Below, piece after piece: positions 25,701 through 39,170 of a stretch of 64,000 nt of DNA. This DNA comes from Eledone cirrhosa (taxonomy: Eukaryota). The notes beneath the pieces were generated by a model. That model was not told the origin of the DNA. It saw only the letters and a list, made by a program, of their open reading frames with translations, and made no database searches. The DNA lies in the NCBI GenBank assembly GCA_964016885.1, contig OZ024758.1, positions 39,184,001 through 39,248,000 on the forward strand. Direction: 5' to 3'. The first letter of the stretch is position 1, and each line of letters opens with the position of its first letter. Made by a program: the position numbers and the translations under genes.

Positions 25701-28700
25701 TAATACCATGACTTAAATGAATTCTCACCAACAGTGGAGTTACTTCTGACAGCTAATACCATGAACTTAAATGAATTCTCACCAACAGTGGAGTTACTTC
25801 TACAGCTAGTACCATGAACTTAAATGAATTCTCACCAACAGTGGAGTTACTTCTGACAGCTAATACCATGAACTTAAATGAATTCTCACCAACAGTGGAG
25901 TTACTTCTGACAGCTAATACCATGAACTTAAATGAATTCTCACCAACATTGGATTTACTTCTGACAGCTAGTACCATGAACTTAAATGAATTCTCACCAA
26001 CAGTGGAGTTACTTCTGACAGCTAATACCATGAACTTAAATGAATTCTCACCAACAGTGGCGTTCCTTCTGACAGCTAATACCATGAACTTAAATGAATT
26101 CTCACCAACAGTGGAGTTACTTCTGACAGCTACTACCATGATTTAAATGAATTCTCACCAACGTTGGAGTTCCTTCTGACAGCTAATACCATGAACTTAA
26201 ATGAATTCTCACCAACAGTGGAGTTACTTCTGACAACTAATACCATGAACTTAAATGAATTCTCACCAACAGTGGAGTTACTTCTGACAGCTAGTACCAT
26301 GAACTTGAATGAATTCTCACCAACAGTGGAGTTACTTCTGACAGCTAATACCATGAACTTAAATGAATTCTCACCAACAGTGGAGTTACTTCTGACAGCT
26401 AATACCATGAACTTAAATGAATTCTCACCAACAGTGGAGTTACTTCTGACAGCTAATACCATGAACTTAAATGAATTCTCACCAACAGTGGAGTTACTTC
26501 TGACAGCTAATACCATGAACTTAAATGGATTCTCACCAACATTGGAGTGACTTCTGACAGCTAATACCATGAACTTAAATGAATTCTCACCAACATTGGG
26601 GTTACTTCTGACAGCTAGTACCATGAACTTAAATGAATTCTCACCAACAGTGGAGTTACTTCTGACAGCTAATACCATGAACTTAAATGAATTCTCACCA
26701 ACAGTGGAGTTACTTCTGACAGCTAATACCATGAACTTAAATGAATTCTCACCAACAGTGGAGTTACTTCTGACAGCTAATACCATGAACTTAAATGAAT
26801 TCTCACCAACAGTGGAGTTACTTCTGACAGCTAATACCATGAACTTAAATGAATTCTCACCAACAGTGGAGTTACTTCTGACAGCTAATACCATGAACTT
26901 AAATGGATTCTCACCAACATTGGAGTGACTTCTGACAGCTAATACCATGAACTTAAATGAATTCTCACCAATATTGGGGTTACTTCTGACAGCTAGTACC
27001 ATGAACTTAAATGAATTCTCACCAACAGTGGAGTTACTTCTGACAGCTAGTACCATGAACTTAAATGAATTCTCACCAACAGTGGAGTTACTTGTGACAG
27101 CTAATACCATGAACTTAAATGAATTCTCACCAACAGTGGAGTTACTTCTGACAGCTAGTACCATGACTTAAATGAATTCTTACCAACATTGGAGTTACTT
27201 CTGACAGCTAGTACCATGAACTTAAATGAATTCTCACCAACATTGGAGTTACTTCTGACAACTAATACCATGACTTAAATGAATTCTCACCAACAGTGGA
27301 GTTACTTCTGACAAACTAATACCATGAACTTAAATGAATTCTCACCAACAGTGGAGTTACTTCTGACAGCTAGTACCATGAACTTAAATGAATTCTCACC
27401 AACAGTGGAGTTACTTCTGACAGCTAATACCATGAACTGAAATGAATTCTCACCAACAGTGGAGTTACTTCTGACAGCTAGTACCATGAACTTAAATGAA
27501 TTCTCACCAACATTGGAGTTACTTCTGACAGCTAGTACCATGAACTTAAATGAATTCTCACCAACAGTGGAGTTACTTCTGACAGCTAATACCATGAACT
27601 TAAATGGATTCTCACCAACATTGGAGTGACTTCTGACAGCTAGTACCATGAACTTAAATGAATTCTCACCAACATTGGAGTTACTACTGACAGCTAATAC
27701 CATGACTTAAATGAATTCTCACCAACAGTGGAGTTACTTCTGACAGCTAATACCATGAACTTAAATGAATTCTCACCAACAGTGGAGTTACTTCTACAGC
27801 TAGTACCATGAACTTAAATGAATTCTCACCAACAGTGGAGTTACTTCTGACAGCTAATACCATGAACTTAAATGAATTCTCACCAACAGTGGAGTTACTT
27901 CTGACAGCTAATACCATGAACTTAAATGAATTCTCACCAACATTGGATTTACTTCTGACAGCTAGTACCATGAACTTAAATGAATTCTCACCAACAGTGG
28001 AGTTACTTCTGACAGCTAATACCATGAACTTAAATGAATTCTCACCAACAGTGGCGTTCCTTCTGACAGCTAATACCATGAACTTAAATGAATTCTCACC
28101 AACAGTGGAGTTACTTCTGACAGCTACTACCATGATTTAAATGAATTCTCACCAACGTTGGAGTTCCTTCTGACAGCTAATACCATGAACTTAAATGAAT
28201 TCTCACCAACAGTGGAGTTACTTCTGACAACTAATACCATGAACTTAAATGAATTCTCACCAACAGTGGAGTTACTTCTGACAGCTAGTACCATGAACTT
28301 AAATGAATTCTCACCAACAGTGGAGTTACTTCTGACAGCTAATACCATGAACTTAAATGAATTCTCACCAACAGTGGAGTTACTTCTGACAGCTAATACC
28401 ATGAACTTAAATGAATTCTCACCAACAGTGGAGTTACTTCTGACAGCTAATACCATGAACTTAAATGAATTCTCACCAACAGTGGAGTTACTTCTGACAG
28501 CTAATACCATGAACTTAAATGGATTCTCACCAACATTGGAGTGACTTCTGACAGCTAATACCATGAACTTAAATGAATTCTCACCAACATTGGGGTTACT
28601 TCTGACAGCTAGTACCATGAACTTAAATGAATTCTCACCAACAGTGGAGTTACTTCTGACAGCTAGTACCATGAACTTAAATGAATTCTCACCAACAGTG

Positions 28701-31700
28701 GAGTTACTTGTGACAGCTAATACCATGAACTTAAATGAATTCTCACCAACAGTGGAGTTACTTCTGACAGCTAGTACCATGACTTAAATGAATTCTCACC
28801 AACATTGGAGTTACTTCTGACAGCTAGTACCATGAACTTAAATGAATTCTCACCAACATTGGAGTTACTTCTGACAACTAATACCATGACTTAAATGAAT
28901 TCTCACCAACAGTGGAGTTACTTCTGACAAACTAATACCATGAACTTAAATGAATTCTCACCAACAGTGGAGTTACTTCTGACAGCTAGTACCATGAACT
29001 TAAATGAATTCTCACCAACAGTGGAGTTACTTCTGACAGCTAATACCATGAACTTAAATGAATTCTCACCAACAGTGGAGTTACTTCTGACAGCTAGTAC
29101 CATGAACTTAAATGAATTCTCACCAACATTGGAGTTACTTCTGACAGCTAGTACCATGAACTTAAATGAATTCTCACCAACAGTGGAGTTACTTCTGACA
29201 GCTAGTACCATGAACTTAAATGAATTCTCACCAACAGTGGAGCTACTTCAGACAGCTAGTACCATGAACTTAAATGAATTCTCACCAACAGTGGAGTTAC
29301 TTCTGACAGCTAGTACCATGAACTTAAATGAATTCTCACCAACAGTGGAGTTACTTCTGACAGCTAGTACCATGACGTAAATGAATTCTCACATACAATG
29401 GAGTTACTACTGACAGCTAATACCATGACTTAAATGAATTCTCACCAACAGTGGAGTTACTTCTGACAGCTAATACCATGAACTTAAATGAATTCTCACC
29501 AACAGTGGAGTTACTTCTACAGCTAGTACCATGAACTTAAATGAATTCTCACCAACAGTGGAGTTACTTCTGACAGCTAATACCATGAACTTAAATGAAT
29601 TCTCACCAACAGTGGAGTTACTTCTGACAGCTAATACCATGAACTTAAATGAATTCTCACCAACATTGGATTTACTTCTGACAGCTAGTACCATGAACTT
29701 AAATGAATTCTCACCAACAGTGGAGTTACTTCTGACAGCTAATACCATGAACTTAAATGAATTCTCACCAACAGTGGCGTTCCTTCTGACAGGTAATACC
29801 ATGAACTTAAATGAATTCTCACCAACAGTGGAGTTACTTCTGACAGCTACTACCATGATTTAAATGAATTCTCACCAACGTTGGAGTTCCTTCTGACAGC
29901 TAATACCATGAACTTAAATGAATTCTCACCAACAGTGGAGTTACTTCTGACAACTAATACCATGAACTTAAATGAATTCTCACCAACAGTGGAGTTACTT
30001 CTGACAGCTAGTACCATGAACTTAAATGAATTCTCACCAACAGTGGAGTTACTTCTGACAGCTAATACCATGAACTTAAATGAATTCTCACCAACAGTGG
30101 AGTTACTTCTGACAGCTAATACCATGAACTTAAATGAATTCTCACCAACAGTGGAGTTACTTCTGACAGCTAATACCATGAACTTAAATGAATTCTCACC
30201 AACAGTGGAGTTACTTCTGACAGCTAATACCATGAACTTAAATGGATTCTCACCAACATTGGAGTGACTTCTGACAGCTAATACCATGAACTTAAATGAA
30301 TTCTCACCAACATTGGGGTTACTTCTGACAGCTAGTACCATGAACTTAAATGAATTCTCACCAACAGTGGAGTTACTTCTGACAGCTAGTACCATGAACT
30401 TAAATGAATTCTCACCAACAGTGGAGTTACTTGTGACAGCTAATACCATGAACTTAAATGAATTCTCACCAACAGTGGAGTTACTTCTGACAGCTAGTAC
30501 CATGACTTAAATGAATTCTCACCAACATTGGAGTTACTTCTGACAGCTAGTACCATGAACTTAAATGAATTCTCACCAACATTGGAGTTACTTCTGACAA
30601 CTAATACCATGACTTAAATGAATTCTCACCAACAGTGGAGTTACTTCTGACAAACTAATACCATGAACTTAAATGAATTCTCACCAACAGTGGAGTTACT
30701 TCTGACAGCTAGTACCATGAACTTAAATGAATTCTCACCAACAGTGGAGTTACTTCTGACAGCTAATACCATGAACTTAAATGAATTCTCACCAACAGTG
30801 GAGTTACTTCTGACAGCTAGTACCATGAACTTAAATGAATTCTCACCAACATTGGAGTTACTTCTGACAGCTAGTACCATGAACTTAAATGAATTCTCAC
30901 CAACAGTGGAGTTACTTCTGACAGCTAGTACCATGACGTAAATGAATTCTCACATACAATGGAGTTACTACTGACAGCTAATACCATGACTTAAATGAAT
31001 TCTCACCAACAGTGGAGTTACTTCTGACAGCTAATACCATGAACTTAAATGAATTCTCACCAACAGTGGAGTTACTTCTACAGCTAGTACCATGAACTTA
31101 AATGAATTCTCACCAACAGTGGAGTTACTTCTGACAGCTAATACCATGAACTTAAATGAATTCTCACCAACAGTGGAGTTACTTCTGACAGCTAATACCA
31201 TGAACTTAAATGAATTCTCACCAACATTGGATTTACTTCTGACAGCTAGTACCATGAACTTAAATGAATTCTCACCAACAGTGGAGTTACTTCTGACAGC
31301 TAATACCATGAACTTAAATGAATTCTCACCAACAGTGGCGTTCCTTCTGACAGCTAATACCATGAACTTAAATGAATTCTCACCAACAGTGGAGTTACTT
31401 CTGACAGCTACTACCATGATTTAAATGAATTCTCACCAACGTTGGAGTTCCTTCTGACAGCTAATACCATGAACTTAAATGAATTCTCACCAACAGTGGA
31501 GTTACTTCTGACAACTAATACCATGAACTTAAATGAATTCTCACCAACAGTGGAGTTACTTCTGACAGCTAGTACCATGAACTTAAATGAATTCTCACCA
31601 ACAGTGGAGTTACTTCTGACAGCTAATACCATGAACTTAAATGAATTCTCACCAACAGTGGAGTTACTTCTGACAGCTAATACCATGAACTTAAATGAAT

Positions 31701-34700
31701 TCTCACCAACAGTGGAGTTACTTCTGACAGCTAATACCATGAACTTAAATGAATTCTCACCAACAGTGGAGTTACTTCTGACAGCTAATACCATGAACTT
31801 AAATGGATTCTCACCAACATTGGAGTGACTTCTGACAGCTAATACCATGAACTTAAATGAATTCTCACCAACATTGGGGTTACTTCTGACAGCTAGTACC
31901 ATGAACTTAAATGAATTCTCACCAACAGTGGAGTTACTTCTGACAGCTAGTACCATGAACTTAAATGAATTCTCACCAACAGTGGAGTTACTTGTGACAG
32001 CTAATACCATGAACTTAAATGAATTCTCACCAACAGTGGAGTTACTTCTGACAGCTAGTACCATGACTTAAATGAATTCTCACCAACATTGGAGTTACTT
32101 CTGACAGCTAGTACCATGAACTTAAATGAATTCTCACCAACATTGGAGTTACTTCTGACAACTAATACCATGACTTAAATGAATTCTCACCAACAGTGGA
32201 GTTACTTCTGACAAACTAATACCATGAACTTAAATGAATTCTCACCAACAGTGGAGTTACTTCTGACAGCTAGTACCATGAACTTAAATGAATTCTCACC
32301 AACAGTGGAGTTACTTCTGACAGCTAATACCATGAACATAAATGAATTCTCACCAACAGTGGAGTTACTTCTGACAGCTAGTACCATGAACTTAAATGAA
32401 TTCTCACCAACATTGGAGTTACTTCTGACAGCTAGTACCATGAACTTAAATGAATTCTCACCAACAGTGGAGTTACTTCTGACAGCTAGTACCATGACGT
32501 AAATGAATTCTCACATACAATGGAGTTACTACTGACAGCTAATACCATGACTTAAATGAATTCTCACCAACAGTGGAGTTACTTCTGACAGCTAATACCA
32601 TGAACTTAAATGAATTCTCACCAACAGTGGAGTTACTTCTACAGCTAGTACCATGAACTTAAATGAATTCTCACCAACAGTGGAGTTACTTCTGACAGCT
32701 AATACCATGAACTTAAATGAATTCTCACCAACAGTGGAGTTACTTCTGACAGCTAATACCATGAACTTAAATGAATTCTCACCAACATTGGATTTACTTC
32801 TGACAGCTAGTACCATGAACTTAAATGAATTCTCACCAACAGTGGAGTTACTTCTGACAGCTAATACCATGAACTTAAATGAATTCTCACCAACAGTGGC
32901 GTTCCTTCTGACAGCTAATACCATGAACTTAAATGAATTCTCACCAACAGTGGAGTTACTTCTGACAGCTACTACCATGATTTAAATGAATTCTCACCAA
33001 CGTTGGAGTTCCTTCTGACAGCTAATACCATGAACTTAAATGAATTCTCACCAACAGTGGAGTTACTTCTGACAACTAATACCATGAACTTAAATGAATT
33101 CTCACCAACAGTGGAGTTACTTCTGACAGCTAGTACCATGAACTTAAATGAATTCTCACCAACAGTGGAGTTACTTCTGACAGCTAATACCATGAACTTA
33201 AATGAATTCTCACCAACAGTGGAGTTACTTCTGACAGCTAATACCATGAACTTAAATGAATTCTCACCAACAGTGGAGTTACTTCTGACAGCTAATACCA
33301 TGAACTTAAATGAATTCTCACCAACAGTGGAGTTACTTCTGACAGCTAATACCATGAACTTAAATGGATTCTCACCAACATTGGAGTGACTTCTGACAGC
33401 TAATACCATGAACTTAAATGAATTCTCACCAACATTGGGGTTACTTCTGACAGCTAGTACCATGAACTTAAATGAATTCTCACCAACAGTGGAGTTACTT
33501 CTGACAGCTAGTACCATGAACTTAAATGAATTCTCACCAACAGTGGAGTTACTTGTGACAGCTAATACCATGAACTTAAATGAATTCTCACCAACAGTGG
33601 AGTTACTTCTGACAGCTAGTACCATGACTTAAATGAATTCTCACCAACATTGGAGTTACTTCTGACAGCTAGTACCATGAACTTAAATGAATTCTCACCA
33701 ACATTGGAGTTACTTCTGACAACTAATACCATGACTTAAATGAATTCTCACCAACAGTGGAGTTACTTCTGACAAACTAATACCATGAACTTAAATGAAT
33801 TCTCACCAACAGTGGAGTTACTTCTGACAGCTAGTACCATGAACTTAAATGAATTCTCACCAACAGTGGAGTTACTTCTGACAGCTAATACCATGAACTT
33901 AAATGAATTCTCACCAACAGTGGAGTTACTTCTGACAGCTAATACCATGAACTTAAATGAATTCTCACCAACATTGGGGTTACTTCTGACAGCTAGTACC
34001 ATGAACTTAAATGAATTCTCACCAACAGTGGAGTTACTTCTGACAGCTAGTACCATGAACTTAAATGAATTCTCACCAACAGTGGAGTTACTTGTGACAG
34101 CTAATACCATGAACTTAAATGAATTCTCACCAACAGTGGAGTTACTTCTGACAGCTAGTACCATGACTTAAATGAATTCTCACCAACATTGGAGTTACTT
34201 CTGACAGCTAGTACCATGAACTTAAATGAATTCTCACCAACATTGGAGTTACTTCTGACAACTAATACCATGACTTAAATGAATTCTCACCAACAGTGGA
34301 GTTACTTCTGACAAACTAATACCATGAACTTAAATGAATTCTCACCAACAGTGGAGTTACTTCTGACAGCTAGTACCATGAACTTAAATGAATTCTCACC
34401 AACAGTGGAGTTACTTCTGACAGCTAATACCATGAACTTAAATGAATTCTCACCAACAGTGGAGTTACTTCTGACAGCTAGTACCATGAACTTAAATGAA
34501 TTCTCACCAACATTGGAGTTACTTCTGACAGCTAGTACCATGAACTTAAATGAATTCTCACCAACAGTGGAGTTACTTCTGACAGCTAGTACCATGACGT
34601 AAATGAATTCTCACATACAATGGAGTTACTACTGACAGCTAATACCATGACTTAAATGAATTCTCACCAACAGTGGAGTTACTTCTGACAGCTAATACCA

Positions 34701-36271
34701 TGAACTTAAATGAATTCTCACCAACAGTGGAGTTACTTCTACAGCTAGTACCATGAACTTAAATGAATTCTCACCAACAGTGGAGTTACTTCTGACAGCT
34801 AATACCATGAACTTAAATGAATTCTCACCAACAGTGGAGTTACTTCTGACAGCTAATACCATGAACTTAAATGAATTCTCACCAACATTGGATTTACTTC
34901 TGACAGCTAGTACCATGAACTTAAATGAATTCTCACCAACAGTGGAGTTACTTCTGACAGCTAATACCATGAACTTAAATGAATTCTCACCAACAGTGGC
35001 GTTCCTTCTGACAGCTAATACCATGAACTTAAATGAATTCTCACCAACAGTGGAGTTACTTCTGACAGCTACTACCATGATTTAAATGAATTCTCACCAA
35101 CGTTGGAGTTCCTTCTGACAGCTAATACCATGAACTTAAATGAATTCTCACCAACAGTGGAGTTACTTCTGACAACTAATACCATGAACTTAAATGAATT
35201 CTCACCAACAGTGGAGTTACTTCTGACAGCTAGTACCATGAACTTAAATGAATTCTCACCAACAGTGGAGTTACTTCTGACAGCTAATACCATGAACTTA
35301 AATGAATTCTCACCAACAGTGGACTTACTTCTGACAGCTAATACCATGAACTTAAATGAATTCTCACCAACAGTGGAGTTACTTCTGACAGCTAATACCA
35401 TGAACTTAAATGAATTCTCACCAACAGTGGAGTTACTTCTGACAGCTAATACCATGAACTTAAATGGATTCTCACCAACATTGGAGTGACTTCTGACAGC
35501 TAATACCATGAACTTAAATGAATTCTCACCAACATTGGGGTTACTTCTGACAGCTAGTACCATGAACTTAAATGAATTCTCACCAACAGTGGAGTTACTT
35601 CTGACAGCTAGTACCATGAACTTAAATGAATTCTCACCAACAGTGGAGTTACTTGTGACAGCTAATACCATGAACTTAAATGAATTCTCACCAACAGTGG
35701 AGTTACTTCTGACAGCTAGTACCATGACTTAAATGAATTCTCACCAACATTGGAGTTACTTCTGACAGCTAGTACCATGAACTTAAATGAATTCTCACCA
35801 ACATTGGAGTTACTTCTGACAACTAATACCATGACTTAAATGAATTCTCACCAACAGTGGAGTTACTTCTGACAAACTAATACCATGAACTTAAATGAAT
35901 TCTCACCAACAGTGGAGTTACTTCTGACAGCTAGTACCATGAACTTAAATGAATTCTCACCAACAGTGGAGTTACTTCTGACAGCTAATACCATGAACTT
36001 AAATGAATTCTCACCAACAGTGGAGTTACTTCTGACAGCTAGTACCATGAACTTAAATGAATTCTCACCAACATTGGAGTTACTTCTGACAGCTAGTACC
36101 ATGAACTTAAATGAATTCTCACCAACAGTGGAGTTACTTCTGACAGCTAGTACCATGAACTTAAATGAATTCTCACCAACAGTGGAGCTACTTCAGACAG
36201 CTAGTACCATGAACTTAAATGAATTCTCACCAACAGTGGAGTTACTTCTGACAGCTAGTACCATGACTTAA
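19732..36271 (+). repeat. HOR-A run 2: about ten 29-/32-mer higher-order units with length variants
   Basis: Anchors at 19732, 21939, 23662, 25223, ~27324, 28940, 30663, 32224, 33785, 34324 and 35885 (spacings 2207, 1723, 1561, 2101, 1616, 1723, 1561, 1561, 539, 1561). Marker order is the same as in run 1. Confidence 0.93.
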
Positions 36272-39170
36272 ATGAATTCTCACCAACAATGGAGTTACTA
36301 CTGACAGCTAATACCATGACTTAAATGAATTCTCACCAACAGTGGAGTTACTTCTGACAGCTAATACCATGAACTTAAATGAATTATCACCAACAGTGGA
36401 GTTACTTCTGACAGCTAGTACCATGAACTTAAATGAATTCTCACCAACAGTGGAGTTACTTCTGACAGCTAATACCATGAACTTAAATGAATTCTCACCA
36501 ACAGTGGAGTTACTTCTGACAGCTAATACCATGAACTTAAATGAATTCTCACCAACATTGGATTTACTTCTGACAGCTAGTACCATGAACTTAAATGAAT
36601 TCTCACCAACAGTGGAGTTACTTCTGACAGCTAATACCATGAACTTAAATGAATTCTCACCAACAGTGGCGTTCCTTCTGACAGCTAATACCATGAACTT
36701 AAATGAATTCTCACCAACAGTGGAGTTACTTCTGACAGCTAGTACCATGACTTAAATGAATTCTCACCAACATTGGAGTTCCTTCTGACAGCTAATACCA
36801 TGAACTTAAATGAATTCTCACCAACAGTGGAGTTACTTCTGACAGCTAATACCATGAATTTAAATGAATTCTCACCAACAGTGGAGTTACTTCTGACAGC
36901 TAATACCATGAACTTAAATGAATTCTCACCAACATTGGAGTGACTTCTGACAGCTAATACCATGAACTTAAATGAATTCTCACCAACAGTGGCGTTCCTT
37001 CTGACAGCTAATACCATGAACTTAAATGAATTCTCACCAACATTGGAGTTACTTCTGACAGCTAGTACCATGAACCTAAATGAATTCTCACCAACAGTGG
37101 AGTTACTTCTGACAGCTAATACCATGAACTTAAATGAATTCTCACCAACAGTGGAGTTCCTTCTGACAGCTAATACCATGAACTTAAATGAATTCTCACC
37201 AACAGTGGAGTTACTTCTGACAGCTAGTACCATGACTTAAATGAATTCTCACCAACATTGGAGTTACTTCTGACAGGTAGTACCATGAACTTAAATGAAT
37301 TCTCACCAACAGTGGAGTTACTTCTGACAGCTAGTACCATGAACTTAAATGAATTCTCACCAACAATGGAGTTACTTCTGACAGCTAATACCATGACTTA
37401 AATGAATTCTCACCAACAGTGGAGTTACTTCTGACAGCTAATACCATGAACTTAAATGAATTCTCACCAACAGTGGAGTTACTTCTGACAGCTAGTACCA
37501 TGAACTTAAATGAATTCTCACCAACAGTGGAGTTACTTCTGACAGCTAATACCATGAACTTAAATGAATTCTCACCAACAGTGGAGTTACTTCTGACAGC
37601 TAATACCATGAACTTAAATGAATTCTCACCAACAGTGGAGTTACTTCTGACAGCTAATACCATGAACTTAAATGAATTCTCACCAACAGTGGAGTTACTT
37701 CTGACAGCTAATACCATGAACTTAAATGAATTCTCACCAACATTGGAGTGACTTCTGACAGCTAATACCATGAACTTAAATGAATTCTCACCAACATTGG
37801 GGTTACTTCTGACAGCTAGTACCATGAACTTAAATGAATTCTCACCAACAGTGGAGTTACTTCTGACAGCTAGTACCATGAACTTAAATGAATTCTCACC
37901 AACAGTGGAGTTACTTCTGACAGCTAATACCATGAACTTAAATGAATTCTCACCAACAGTGGAGTTACTTCTGACAGCTAATACCATGAACTTAAATGAA
38001 TTCTCACCAACATTGGAGTTACTTCTGACAGCTAGTACCATGAACTTAAATGAATTCTCACCAACAGTGGAGTTACTTCTGACAGCTAATACCATGAACT
38101 TAAATGAATTCTCACCAACAGTGGAGTTCCTTCTGACAGCTAATACCATGAACTTAAATGAATTCTCACCAACAGTGGAGTTACTTCTGACAGCTAGTAC
38201 CATGAACTTAAATGAATTCTCACCAACAGTGGAGTTACTTCTGACAGCTAGTACCATGAACTTAAATGAATTCTCACCAAAAGTGGAGTTACTTCTGACA
38301 GCTAGTACCATGAACTTAAATGAATTCTCACCAACAGTGGAGTTACTTCTGACAGCTAGTACCATGAACTTAAATGAATTCTCACCAACAGTGGAGTTAC
38401 TTCTGACAGCTAGTACCATGACTTAAATGAATTCTCACCAACAGTGGCGTTCCTTCTGACAGCTAATACCATGAACTTAAATGAATTCTCACCAACAGTG
38501 GAGTTACTTCTGACAGCTAGTACCATGACTTAAATGAATTCTCACCAACATTGGAGTTCCTTCTGACAGCTAATACCATGAACTTAAATGAATTCTCACC
38601 AACAGTGGAGTTACTTCTGACAGCTAATACCATGAACTTAAATGAATTCTCACCAACAGTGGAGTTACTTCTGACAGCTAATACCATGAACTTAAATGAA
38701 TTCTCACCAACAGTGGAGTGACTTCTGACAGCTAATACCATGAACTTAAATGAATTCTCACCAACAGTGGCGTTCCTTCTGACAGCTAATACCATGAACT
38801 TAAATGAATTCTCACCAACAGTGGAGTTACTTCTGACAGCTAGTACCATGACTTAAATGAATTCTCACCAACATTGGAGTTCCTTCTGACAGCTAATACC
38901 ATGAACTTAAATGAATTCTCACCAACAGTGGAGTGACTTCTGACAGCTAATACCATGAACTTAAATGAATTCTCACCAACATTGGGGTTACTTCTGACAG
39001 CTAGTACCATGAACTTAAATGAATTCTCACCAACAGTGGAGTTACTTCTGACAGCTAATACCATGAACTTAAATGAATTCTCACCAACAGTGGAGTTACT
39101 TCTGACAGCTAATACCATGAACTTAAATGAATTCTCACCAACAGTGGAGTTACTTCTGACAGCTAGTACC
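36270..39170 (+). repeat. Copy of the ~16400-19300 block at offset 19,870 bp
   Basis: Matching ORFs at 16438/36308, 16869/36739, 17549/37419, 17900/37770, 18647/38517 and 18970/38840. Rare variants GACAGGTAG (~17402/37272) and CCAAAAGTGG (~18407/38277). Confidence 0.9.
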
